Origin: Scyliorhinus canicula
Lineage: Eukaryota
Direction: 5' to 3'
DNA length: 64,000 bases
Assembly (NCBI RefSeq): GCF_902713615.1
Contig: NC_052157.1
Location: 58,168,325-58,232,324, forward strand
Shown: in pieces, positions 1 to 11,529 of the stretch
How the letters are laid out: each line of letters opens with the position of its first letter
Position numbering within the stretch: position 1 is the stretch's first letter
Notes under the pieces: generated by a model
Database searches by the model: none
Seen by the model: the letters and a program-made list of their open reading frames with translations, nothing else
What the model was told of the DNA's origin: nothing
Position numbers and translations under genes: made by a program

Positions 1-2095
1 AATGATATCACATCACTTACTGATAATATCAGCAATGGATTTGAATAAGATGTATAATAATAGCACCCTATAACACTCTATAACACTTATTCCCCCGCCT
101 CTTAAATTGTAATGCCCTTAACGACAGAAATACAATGAAACTCATGCCTTAATTATACGTCAGTCTTTCAAGATCTTTGCAACTTTTCTGTGATCTTTGC
201 AGTACCACTGGTGACTCTGTCAACTCTGGTGATGCTTGAATTAGTTGAACTGAACTTGTGGGCACAGAAGTAGTTTGAGTACCTGTGCATAAGTGTCCCT
301 GTCCTGAAGTAGAGTCCAGTAGAAGTACTGGTACAAGTGGAACCATTCCAGGTAGCCAATACTGGTTACTGCCAAAATTCCTGATATAAATACAGTAATT
401 TGTGTTAAAATGACTCTCAGCATGATCTTCATATATTTCCTTCTGGTTTTCTTGTCTCCTTCCAACCTTTGCTTTGACATCTGGATGTTGCAGATCCAGG
501 TGAGATTTCGATCTTCTACTTCATCAATAATTCAGCTGAGTCGAGTACTCAAGTTATTTGTGGTGTGATACGACATTCAAATAATAACCTCGAGAGCTTG
601 ATCCCTAATGTATCACCTGCCATCCTCTTCAATCCTTTCTTTGATGTCTGAACAGCTCATGTTGCCAAGCCATTTGAAGTTGGCTGAAAAGTTGAGGTAC
701 GCCCATGGTGCATTCCATTCCTTTGCAGAAACTCTTGGAACAACTCGCTCATGAATGTTGTACCATTTTCAGAAACGAGAGAATCCGGTAACCCATGAGT
801 TGCGAAGACTTAGCGTAGCTTCTGTATGGTACTGGGAGCTGTAATGCAGCTCTTGATGTATACTTCTAACCACTTACAATATGCATCCTCAATGACAAAG
901 CATGTGATCCATGAAAGGACCTGCAAAATCCACGTAAAGCCTCGACCAAGGACGATCAGGGCACTCCAAGGATGTAATGGTTTTGGTGGCGCCATCGTCT
1001 GGTTAGAGTGACATGCAGAACAGGATTTCACTTTGTTCTCCAAATGAACACCAAACATACGACCTGGCTAGACTTTACATTCAACAGGTAGCTGGATGAG
1101 CCCCATGAATTCATCATTACTTGCAAACAACCACTCTTGACCCCCACAGTCTGCAACCACCTTGCACACCTCACCCGTCTTTGTGCTTCACATGGCTAGT
1201 CCAGTTCAGCTTTTGGTCAATGGTAACCTCCAGGATGTTGGTCGTGGGGGATTCAGCGATAGTAATGCCATTGAATGTCGAGGGGCGATGTTTAGATCCT
1301 CCATTGTTGGGGATGGTCATTGTCTGGCACTTGTGCAGCCTGAATGTTACTTATACTTGTCTGATCAAGCCTGAATATTGTCCTGGTCTTGCTGCATTTG
1401 TACCTGGACTGCTTTGTTGCCTGAGGAGTTGTGAATGTTGCTGAACATGGTGCAATCATTAGTGAAAATCCCCACATCTGACCTTATGTTGGAAGGAAGG
1501 TAGGTAATTGATGAAGAAACTGAAGATGGTTAGGCCTAGTACACTGCTCTGTTTTGAATCTTCCCCTGGCAAGTGTTGTTGATGTAGTGCACCAGCCATG
1601 TTCAGCATTGGTCTTCTGAATACCTTTTGCATTACTGGCAGCCATTTCCATGCCTGCAGACATTTCTAGAGTGTTCTTAAAAGTAATTATGGCCCTCTGA
1701 GCAAACACCGCTAAATGCTATCTTCCTTAATGCCACAAAATGTTATCCTCCTTAATGCCACAAACTAGTCTGTCCCAAAGCTTGTCTTCCAAATGCCATA
1801 TTTCTTTATTACAGAGCTGCAATAACATAAGTCTGCCCTATGGTTGAGGATGAAGCTTTATATTCAAATACCAAAGAGATTTACCCCCAAAGTTGCATGT
1901 TAACTCCCTGTGATATTTTATAAATCCATTTGGGGGTGATGCAGTGGCACAATGGTTAGCACTGCTGCCTCACAGCACCCGGGACCTGAGTTCAATTCTG
2001 GCCTTGGGTGACTGTCTGTGTGGAGCTGTACTTTCTCCCTACGTCTGCATGGATTTCCTCCGGGTACGCCGGTTTCTTCCTACAGTTTAAAGATG

Positions 2096-2298
2096 ATGTG
2101 GAGATGCCGGCGTTGGACTGGGGTGAGCACAGTAAGAAGTCTTACAACACCAGGTTAAAGTCCAACAGGTTTGTTTCAAACACGAGCTTTCGGAGCACGG
2201 CTCCTTCTTCAGGTGACCTGAAGAAGGAGCCGTGCTCCGAAAGCTCGTGTTTGAAACAAACCTGTTGGACTTTAACCTGGTGTTGTAAGACTTCTTAC
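2096..2298. mobile_element. Penelope-like terminal (pLTR) inverted-repeat insertion
   Basis: Perfect palindrome 2132-2214 / 2216-2298. 14-bp TSD ACAGTTTAAAGATG at 2082-2095 and 2299-2312. Confidence 0.8.
2215..2249 (+). ncRNA. Minimal type I hammerhead ribozyme motif (mirror copy on the minus strand at 2181-2215)
   Basis: CTGAAGA core 2218-2224, stem II GGAGC/GCTCC, GAAA 2239-2242, palindromic AGCT stem III, UC cleavage site at 2245-2246. Confidence 0.7.
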
Positions 2299-2842
2299 AC
2301 AGTTTAAAGATGTGTAGGTTAGGTGGATTGGCCATTCTAAGTTGCCCCTTAGTGTCCCAATGGTTAGATGGGGTGAAGGAGATAAGGGGTATGGGTCTAG
2401 ATAGAGTGCTCTTTCAATGGGACGGGGCAGACTTGATGGGCTGAATGCCTCTTTCTGCACTGTAGGGATCCAATAAAATAAAACTGACCTAAATTCGCAA
2501 TTTCAGAAAGCTGGCGCAATTCAGCAACAAAGTTAGCTGTAGGATGTCTTGCTTCTGAAAAATACTATGGAATTTGAGAAGTTGTACAATTACTGAGGGT
2601 TTAGGATTGTGGTGATTTTGAATGAGTGTAATTAAATCCACAAATGTAATGTCCCTCGTGGTTGAGCTTAATTTCTCACTCATTTGTAAGTCTTCGCCGC
2701 CCGCACACACTCAGGAAAATTGAGCACGTTCTAGCCTTGCCTGTGATCCCATTTGCCAAGAAAGTGTGCCACCCTTTCCACACTTCCAGTCCATTTCGCG
2801 ATCTCTTCCACAAATTGACTAATAGACTTAAACGTAGTCATG

Positions 2843-3477
2843 GGGCGGGATTCTCCGTAGTCCGACTTCGAAAGCGGGAACGACGATTTGTTGGAGAATG
2901 GCTCCCGCCACCGGTTTGACAACAGGTCACGATGCTCCACCGCCTCAAAATCAGGGTCATCGGGATGCGTGCCGCGCGCAGTCGCAATCCCGTTGGAATG
3001 TCCTTGGCCGGCCCACCCGCGATGCTCCGCCTCCGATGGGTTGGGTTCCTGACGGCGTGGCCCACGTATGGTCTCAGCGGTTGGGAGTCTGGTGTGCCGC
3101 CTGCGGGGAAAGGCAGGGGGTATGCGAACAGTGTCCCGCGCTGCCACATTCGGCCGAGATCCACGCCGCTGTCCGGGGTGGACGGGTGGGAGGCTAGGCG
3201 CAATAGCACGGCCAGCGTGATCTGTTCCGGCGTGACCGGTGCATGGATGGGGGGTATAGGCCTACGCGCAGCTGCAGCATGTCAGCCCTGTGCACGTGCA
3301 GCATGGATCCAGCGATTCTCCAAGCGTTTTCCGTGCATTCCGTTTCATGCGGCGCCGGTGCGAGCTGCTCACCGGTACCGGAATCAGTGATGGTTTCGCA
3401 CCGATTTGCCCATCAAGAAACACCACGGATCCTCCGTTGGCAACGGCACTTAGCCTCAGGAAAGGAGAATCCAGCCC
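2843..3477. mobile_element. CpG-rich Harbinger-type MITE
   Basis: TIRs GGGCGGGATTCTCC / GGAGAATCCAGCCC with a 3-bp TSD ATG/ATG. Confidence 0.75.
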
Positions 3478-4630
3478 ATGTTGTTGTGAACTTGCCTTCC
3501 ATCAGTAAGCTTGCTAAACTTCCTGTTGAATATGCTCGAACTTGATTTTTTATTCTTGTCGCCAAACAATGTGGTAACATGTGGTGAATGTAATTCACAC
3601 TGTAATATATATGATACCATATTATTGTAAGTGCAGTTGCATTGCCCGACCACTAGGTGGAGTAGCACTGGGAATGCACAGGAGTTTGTACAGGGTTCCA
3701 CCCTTGGCTCCGCACACGACTCCTCCCCCGGACTGCTGTATAAAGATCGATGCCCAGAGCCAGCCGACCAGTTCATCCAGGGTTCATCGTGTTACAGGCT
3801 GGCTCTGTTGTAAGTAGGTTAAAACCACTGTTCATATCTTAAAGCAGGTGTCTCGTGAATTGATGGTCTCATCAATTTAATCTACTTAAGAAACAGTCAG
3901 GATCAATCATGGAATCAACCCTCAAGCCTGAGCGACTGGAACTCGACCCACAGGATGCAGACGCAAAATAAATTTTTTCTCATTGGCTCCGGTGTTTTAA
4001 AACCTACCTGGCTGAAGCAAGCACAGCCGAAACAACGGAGGAGCAGAAACTGAGCCTACTGCACGCGAGAGTGAGCCACAGAATTTCTACTCAACTAAAC
4101 TATACCGGCTCCTATACTGAAGTCCTAGCTCTACTCGACAAAATGTATGTGAAGCCTGTTAATGAGGTCTATGCACGACACGTGTTCACTACTCGCCACC
4201 AGCGGCCTACGGAATCGCTAGCAGAATTCCTGAAAGAGCTAAAAACTTTATCTAGTGACTGTAATTACCAGGCGGTTACCGCGGCAGAACATAGAGAACT
4301 TGCTGTACGCGATGCCTTTGTTGCGGGCCTTAGGTCAAATTACGTGCGCCAGCGACTGCTGGAAAAGGGAGCCCTAAATCTTGAAGCGTCTGTTGAACTT
4401 GCTACAACTATGGAGGTTTCCTTCCGCAGCCTCACTTCGTTCCCCACGGACCCCGCGACCCCGTCATGGGCCCCAGACCAGCGACTCCCCCTGGCCTGCG
4501 CAGCGCGGCCGCCCTGCCACTTTTGCGGCCAGAATCAGCACCCGCGGCAGCACTGCCTGGCCCGCAATGCGACCTGCAGCAGCTGCGGGCGAAAAGGACA
4601 CTATGCCAGAGTGTGTCTGGCGAAGAAAGC

Positions 4631-4795
4631 CCAGCCTCTAACCCTCCCACGGCTCAAAGCACTCGTTCCGCCCCAGCCTCTAACCCTCCCATGGCTCAAA
4701 GCACTCGTTCCGCCCCAGCCTCTAACCCTCCCACGGCTCAAAGCACTCGTTCCGCCCCAGCCTCTAACCCTCCCACGGCTCAAAGCACTCGTTCC
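4631..4795 (+). repeat. 42-bp tandem repeat x4 in the gag tail
   Basis: Unit CCAGCCTCTAACCCTCCCACGGCTCAAAGCACTCGTTCCGCC. Copies are nearly identical and there are no spacers. Confidence 0.95.
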
Positions 4796-4860
4796 CTGAA
4801 TTCACAGGCCCGTAAGCCCCGAAATGCTGCAGCCTGTATGCCGACTCCGCCCCCACCCGA

Positions 4861-5001
4861 CATGTGCAACTCATGGGGGCGGCCATCTTGGCAATCCTCC
4901 TCCATGCGGCCGGCCATGTGCGACTCATGGGGGCAGCCATCTTGGCAATCCTCCTCCATGTGGCTGGCCATGTGCGACTTATGGGGACGGCCATCTTGGG
5001 A
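4861..5001 (+). repeat. About 54-bp tandem repeat x2.5
   Basis: CATGTGCGACTCATGGGGGC.GCCATCTTGG recurs three times. Confidence 0.85.
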
Positions 5002-8000
5002 TCCATCCCCTTCAAACTCTGAAACTCACCTCGACGACTACGAACTCAGAGGGCAGTCATCATGAGGCGACTCCAGCACAGCTGATCGAGCCGCCGACTT
5101 CCACAACCCAGCGCAGTCACACTGGACCAATCGCGCCCGAAGCATCTCCGCAACACGATGGCGAGGGTCCAAATTAACGGGTACAGCACGCCATGCCTTT
5201 TCGACTCCGGGAGCACTGTACACCCAAATCTGGTAAGACGCTGTTCGCTCACCATTTTCCCTGCGCAGCAAACTATCTCCCTCGCTTCGGGCTCCCACTC
5301 TGTCCAGATCCAAGGGCGCACCACCGCGATGCTCACAATCCAAGGCGCTAGCTATGCCAAATTCCAGCTCTACGTCCTGCCTGAACTCTGCTCCCCACTC
5401 TTATTAGGCCTTGATTTCCAGTGTGATCTCAAGAGTCTGACCCTCAGTTTCGGCAGACCCCTACCCCCACTCACTATCTGCAGCCTAGCCACCCCCCCTC
5501 CTCTCTTTGCCAACTTCACCCCGGACTGTAAACCCGTAGCCACTCGCAGCAGGCGGTACAGCCTGAAGGACAGGGTGTTCATCCGATTGGAGGTCTGAAT
5601 GCTCCTAAGTGAGGGGATCATAGAGGCCAGCAACAGCCCCTGGAGAGCTCAGGTGGTGGTCGTCAAGACCGGGGGAAAATTCCGCATGGTCGTAGACTAT
5701 AGTCAGACCGTTAATAGGTTTACGCTCCTCGACGCGTACCCCCTCCCGAGGATTGCAAACATGGTTAACCAGATCGGCCAGTATCGGATTTTTTCCACGG
5801 TGGATCTGATGTCTGCTCACCACCAGCTCCCAATCCGCCCAGAGGACTGCCACTACACGGCATTCGAGGCCAATGGCCGCCTTTTCTATTTCCTCCGGGT
5901 TCCTTCGGCGTCACAAATGGGGTTTTGGTGTTCCAATGAGCAATGGACCGAATGGTGGACCAGTACGGGCTGCGGGCCACGTTCCCGTACTTGGATAACG
6001 TTACCATCTGCGGTTATGACCAGCAGGACCACGACGCCAACCTCTACCGTTTTCTCCAGACGGCTCAGAAACTAAATCTAACATATAACAAGGAGAAATC
6101 TGTTTTCCGCACAACCAGACTAGCCATCCTCGGCTACGTCGTGGAAAACGGAGTCCTGGGCCCAGACCTGGACCGTATGCGCCCCCTCTTAGAACTCCCT
6201 CTCCCTCATTGTCCCAAGACCCTCAAACGGTGCTTGGGATTCTTTTCCTACTACGCCCAGTGGGTCCCTCAATATGCGGACAAAGCCCGTCAACTCTTTA
6301 AGGCCACACTATTTCCCCTGTCAGCTGAAGCGCGCCAGGCCTTCAACTGCATCAAGGAGGACATCGCCAAAGCGGCCATGCAGGCGGTGGATGAATCCAC
6401 TCCATTCCAGGTTGAGAGCGATGCCTCAGAGGTAGCTCTAGCAGCCCCATTAAATCAGGCAGGGAGACCAGTTGCATTCTTCTCCCGAACCCTCTCTGCT
6501 TCATAACTCCGACACTCGGCAGTCGAAAAGGAAGCACAAGCCATTGTGGAGGCTGTTCGTCTCTGGAGGCACTGCCTCGCAGGTAGGAGGTTCACCCTCA
6601 TCACCGACCAAAGATCGGTTGCCTTCATGTTTGACAACTCGCAAAGGGGCAAAATTAAAAATGATAAAATTCTGCGGTGGAGGATCGAACTCTCCATCTA
6701 TAGCCACGATATTAAGTATCGACCGGGGAAGCTCAACGAGTCCCCAGATGCCCTATCCTGCGGGACGGCACCGGCGCACAGGGCGACCGCCTAAAAGTCA
6801 TCCACAATGACCTCTGCCACCCGGGGGTCACCCAGCTCGCCCATTCCATCAAAGCCCAAAATCTGCCTTTCTCCACTGAGGAGGTAAAAGCTGTCACCAG
6901 AGACTGCCCAATCTGTGCGGAGTGCAAACCGCACTTCTATAGACCAGACAGGGCTCACCTGGTCAAGGCTTCTAAGCCCTTTGATCTAGGCCTCGCGATC
7001 GATTTCAAAGGGCCACTCCCCTCAACTAACAGAACGTTTACTTCCTAAACGTTATAGACGAGTTCTCCCGCTTCCCCTTTGCTATCCCGTGCCCCGATAT
7101 GACCTCCCACACAGTCATGAGGGCCCTGCATAGTATCTTCACCCTGTTTGGTTTCCCCAGCTACGTACACAGCGACCGGGGTTCGTCCTTCATGAGCGAC
7201 GAGCTGCGTCAGTACCTGCTCGACAAGGGCATCGCTTCGAGCAGGACTACCAGCTACAACCCCAGGGGGAACGGGCAGATGGAAAGGGAGAATGCGACGG
7301 TCTGGAAGACCGTCCTACTGACCCTCCGGTCCAGGAATCTCCCAGTCTCCCATTGGCAGGAAGTCCTCCCAGACGTGCTCCATGCTATTAGGTCCCTCTT
7401 ATGTTCCGCAACCAACCAGACCCCTCACAAGCTGCTCTTTAGTTTTTCCAGGGGCACTACCATGGGGGTCTCTCTCCCAGCATGGCTGAAGACACCAGGC
7501 CCTGTACTCCTCAGGAAGCATGTCAGGGCGCACAAAACTGACCCACTCGTAGAGAAAGTGCGCTTGCTTCACTCAAACCCCCAGTAAGCCTTCGTAGAGT
7601 TCCCTGACGGCCGTCAGGACACCGTATCCCTCCGGGACCTAGCACCCACAGGATCCAGCACCCCCACTATCACTGCAGAGGTACCCCTCACTCTACACCC
7701 CACCCAGCCGCCCCCTCGCGCTCCTGAGCCCACTAGCTCGCTACAGTTGTTTTGCGCACCCACACTGGCTAACCCCCAGTGCCCAGTCGAACCAGACGGG
7801 TATGGAGCTCGGACGCAATCGCCCCCGGAGTCCGCCATCATACCCCAATCCACAACACACATCCAGCCACCACAAGAGTGCAACCCCGGTGCTCCGCAGA
7901 TCGCAGTGGACGACTCGACCACCGGACAGACTCAATTTGTGAACCACCACCCCTGCCGGACTTGATTTTTTTGTAGGGGGTGGATGTGGTGAATGTAATT

Positions 8001-8471
8001 CACACTGTAATATATATGATACCATATTATTGTAAGCGCAGTTGCGTTGCCTGACCACTAGGTGGAGTAGCACTGGGAATGCATAGGAGTTTGTACAGGG
8101 CTCCACCCTTGGCTCCGCCCACGGCTCCCCCCCCTGGACTGCTGTATAAAGATCGATGCCCAGAGCCAGCCGACCAGTTCATCCAGTGTTCATCGTGTTC
8201 CAGGCTGGCTCTGTTATAAGTAGATTAAAACTACTGTTCATATCTTAAAGCACGTGTCTCGTGAATTGATGGTCTCATCATAACGTTACCACAAAATGGT
8301 AGTCGAAACTCATTGTAAAAGTTCATCTTCTTAATTTTATAAAAATAACAAAATTTAAAATACAGTATGGACTCAAAAACGGGAGCAGCTAGTTAAACAT
8401 CAAAATAAGAGCAACTAAGTGAATCAGAAGTAATGGCGGTTAAATACAAATATGCACAGATACCACAACTA

Positions 8472-8880
8472 TTGAGGGAGTGCTGCACTGTCGGAGCGTA
8501 AGTACTGAGGGAGTGCTGAACTGTCGGAGTGTCAGTACTGAGGGAGCGCTGCACTGTCGGAGTGTCAGTACTGAGGGAGTGCTGCACTGTCGGAGTGTCA
8601 GTACTGAGGGAGCGCTGCACTGTCGGAGTGTCAGTACTGAGGGAGCGCTGCACTGTCGGAGTGTCAGTACTGAGGGAGTGCTGCACTGTCGGAGTGTCAG
8701 TACTGAGGGAGTGCTGCACTGTCGGAGTGTCAGTACTGAGGGAGCGCTGCACTGTCAGAGGGTCAGTACTGAGGGAGCGCTGCACTGTCGGAGTGTCAGT
8801 ACTGAGGGAGCGCTGCACTGTCGGAGTGTCAGTACTGAGGGAATGCTGCACTGTTGGAGCATCAGTACTGAGGGAGTGCT
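8472..8880 (+). repeat. 33-bp minisatellite, about 12 copies
   Basis: Unit GAGGGAGTGCTGCACTGTCGGAGTGTCAGTACT. It generates 11-aa periodic spurious ORFs. Confidence 0.95.
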
Positions 8881-9207
8881 TCTTCCTGATGAGATGTGAA
8901 ACCAAGACGCCATATGCCTGCACGGGTGAATGTAAGAAATGCTACAGCCACTATTTTGTGGAAGAGCCAGTGAGCTCTGCCCCGGTGTACAGAACAATAT
9001 TTATCCCTCAATCAACATCACAAAAAGCTGATCATCTGCTCATTATCAGATGGCCTTTTGAGGGTGTTTGCTGTGCACGGTTTGACTGCCCCCTACGGCT
9101 CCACTACCACAGCGACCACAATACAAAAGCAATTCAGTGGCTGTGAAGCACTTTGGGATATTCTGAGGTTGTGAAAGGTGCTAGAGGAATGCAAATCTTT
9201 CTTTTTT
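8880..9207 (+). mobile_element. Deu-domain SINE body with L2-type tail
   Basis: GATGAGATGTGAAACC, AATATTTATCCCTCAA and GTGAAAGGTGCTA..GCAAATCTTTCTTT resemble Deu-SINE/L2 3' ends. Recognised from memory. Confidence 0.6.
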
Positions 9208-9254
9208 CACACTAATCAATGTTATAAGGACAAATGGCCAAAAGCTCCATCAGA

Positions 9255-9400
9255 GAGGGAGGTTGAGGAGCCTCTTAACGGAGGAGAGAGAGAGAGTGAG
9301 GCAGAAAGAGAGAGAGAGAGGCAGAGAGAGTGGAGCAGAGAAAGGCAGAGAGAGGGAGAAATGCCGAGAGAGGCAGAGAAAGAGAGTGAAAGAGATGTTC
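9255..9400 (+). repeat. GA-rich low-complexity/microsatellite
   Basis: Interrupted (GA)n runs. Confidence 0.85.
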
Positions 9401-9404
9401 AGGG

Positions 9405-9700
9405 GTAAAGGGTTATTTTTGAGGAGAGGGTCGATGAAATTTGATCTGAAGGAGAGAGGGACGACACATGAAGAGAGAGAACCGTTAACAATCTCGGATG
9501 GCATGGAGACTAGGCGAGGAAGTTTTGTGTTCAGCAATTTACTGGGAATAGTGTCCAGGGAACAGAAGGTGACTCTCATGGGCAAGCTGTGTCCAGAAAG
9601 GACATGAGGAAAAGGATGTGAGTTCAGAGGTAGGGCTAGGGGGAGGGAGGAGATTGGCACATTGGGCTTGTGAACGGGAGGGATCTGTGACACGGATTTG
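9405..9700 (-). mobile_element. L2-type LINE RT fragment
   Basis: CSLDTIPSKLL...IVNGSLSSCVVPLSF..IDPLLK. Confidence 0.7.
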
Positions 9701-9974
9701 AATTTGTCCGTTCTGTCCTGGTGGACCATCGAAGAATATTTAAAGACACTTCCAATCAGAATGGAGAGAAGGATGCTTCTAACAGTGAGGGATAATTCTG
9801 AAGGAAGATGTACAAAGCACATCGGAAAGCAGCAGGTCCTGACGGAATCCCTGGCCTTGCACTCAGGTCCTGCGCGGCCCAACTCACAAACATCTTCAAC
9901 CTCCTCCCTACTCTGTTCCAAGGTTTCCACCTGCTTCAAGAAGACCACCATCATATCTGTGCCAAAAAAGAATC

Positions 9975-10215
9975 ATAATATAATCTTTATTAGTGTCACA
10001 AGTAGGCTTACATTAACACTGCAATGAAGTTACTGTGAAAATCCCCTAGTTGTCACACTCTGGCGTCTGTTCGGTTACACCGAGGGAGAATTTAGAATGT
10101 CCAATTCAACGAACATCACGTCTTTCGTGACTTGTGGGAGGAAACTGGAGCACCCGGTGGAAACCCAGGCAGACATAGGGAGAATGTGCAGAGCTGCAAG
10201 TCAGTGATCCAAGCC
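9975..10215 (-). mobile_element. V-SINE with L2-type tail
   Basis: Reverse V-domain GTGGGAGGAAACTGGAGCACCCGG and reverse tail ATCTTTATTAGTGTCACAAGTAGG. Confidence 0.8.
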
Positions 10216-11529
10216 AGCAACGGGCCTCAATGACTATCTTGATAGATGGCTTTGATATCTATCATTATGAAGTACTTCAAGTGGTTGATCATGAGACACA
10301 TCAACTCCAAACTTCCAGACTGCCTTGATCCTCTACAATTTGCCTCCTGCCACAACTGGTCCACAGCATACGCCATCTCTCTGGCCCTACCCTCATCCCT
10401 GGAGCAGCTTGACAATAAGGACTCCTACTTCAGACTCTTATTCATTGACTACAGTTCTGCCTTTAATATCATAATCCCAGCTAAGCTCAAATCATTGCTC
10501 CAAGACCTAGGACTTGGCTCCTCCCTCTGCAACTAGATCCTCGACTTCCTGCCCATAGATCACAATCAGTAAGGATAAACAATAACACCTCCTCCACGAT
10601 AGTCCTGAATAGCAGGGCCCGGCAAGGCTGCATACTTAGCCCCCGGCTATACTCCCTGTACACACACGACTGCATGGCAAAATTTGGCTCCACCCCTACA
10701 AGTTTGCTGATGACATGACCATAGTGGGTCGCATCTTAAACAACGAGTCATTGTACAGGAGGGAGATAGAGGACCTAGTGGACTGGTGTAACAAATACAA
10801 TCCCTCCCTCAATGTCAGCAAAACTAAGGAGCTGGTCATTGACTTCAGGAAGCAAAGTATCATACGTACCCCTGTTTATATCAATGGTGTCGAGGTGGAG
10901 ATGGTTAACAGCTTCAACTTCCTAGGTGTACACATCACCATTAATCTATCCTGGTCCACCCATGTTGACACTACGACCAAGGAAGCACAGTAGCGCCTAT
11001 ACTTCCTCAGGAAACTATGGGAATTTGGCATGTCCACATTGACTCTTACCAATTTTTATACAGATGCACCATATAAAGCATCCTATCTGGCTGCATCACA
11101 GCCTGGTATGGCAACTGCATGGCCAAAGACCGAAAGAGACTTCAGAGAGTTGTGAACACAGCCCAGTCCATCACGCAAAACTACCCCCCATCCATTGAAT
11201 CTGTTTACGCCTCCCACTCCCTTGGAAAAGCGGACAGCATAATCAAAGGCACCTCCCACCCAGGTTATTCTCTCTTCCAACCTCTTCCATCAGGCAGAAA
11301 AAATATAAAAGTCTGAGATCACAAACTAACAGATTCAAAAACAGCTCCTTCCCCGCTGTTACCAGACTCCTGAATGACCCCCTTATGGACTGAACTGATC
11401 TCTTCACACATTTTCTTTACTGAGTAGTACTACACTCCATAAGCCTCACCCGCTGCCTTTGCCCATGTATTTGTGTATGTCCTATGTTTTTTTTAATGTA
11501 TGGAATGACCTGTAAGGACTGTACATCGA

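Larger units (their letters stand above)
1932..2484 (+). mobile_element. tRNA-derived V-SINE (HE1-like), split by a Penelope-end insertion
   Basis: Head GCAGTGGCAC..TGGTTAGCACTGCTGCCTCACAG, B-box-like GAGTTCAATT, V-domain, CR1-like tail. Confidence 0.85.
1..3564 (-). mobile_element. Old degraded Gypsy LTR retrotransposon (gag 2470-2842, RH/IN 149-1760, partial 3' LTR 1-85)
   Basis: gag reads ...DITFVDLITLIQNHHNPKPSVIVQ. Integrase CSACH and a frameshifted PWSRLYVDFAGP-like core. PPT about 90-102. PBS-like TGGCGACAAGAAT (tRNA-Ser(GCU)-like) at 3564-3552. Interrupted by a SINE and a MITE. Confidence 0.8.
3580..8280 (+). mobile_element. Near-complete Gypsy LTR retrotransposon (LTRs 3580-3874 and 7985-8280), inactivated
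   Basis: TG..CA LTRs about 95% identical (about 15 differences counted). TSD TAACA/TAACG. PPT before 7985. gag from ATG 3909 with CCHC knuckles, PR LFDSGS at about 5197, RT 5599-6200, RNase H, IN 6790-7587. Several stops and frameshifts. Confidence 0.95.

Noticed and set aside
2838-3390. Overlapping Arg/Gly/Pro-rich ORFs here and at 25079-25830, 33266-33861, 36524-37139 and 44113-44767
   Set aside because: GC-rich MITE sequence is depleted of stop codons, and no domain motifs are recognisable.
4631-4795. 42-bp direct repeats as CRISPR
   Set aside because: No spacers, and the array lies inside gag.
8285-8470. Second LTR element starting on the plus strand (ACCACA-AAA-TGGTAG)
   Set aside because: The PBS-like match is only about 6 nt and the downstream reading frame is uninformative.
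8472-8880. 33-bp repeats as a CRISPR array, and periodic ORFs as proteins
   Set aside because: Head-to-tail units with no unique spacers, no cas genes, vertebrate context. The ORFs arise only from a unit length divisible by 3.
8884-8901. CTGATGAGATGTGAAAC as a hammerhead core
   Set aside because: No stem II can form between the two motifs, and it is part of the Deu-SINE body.
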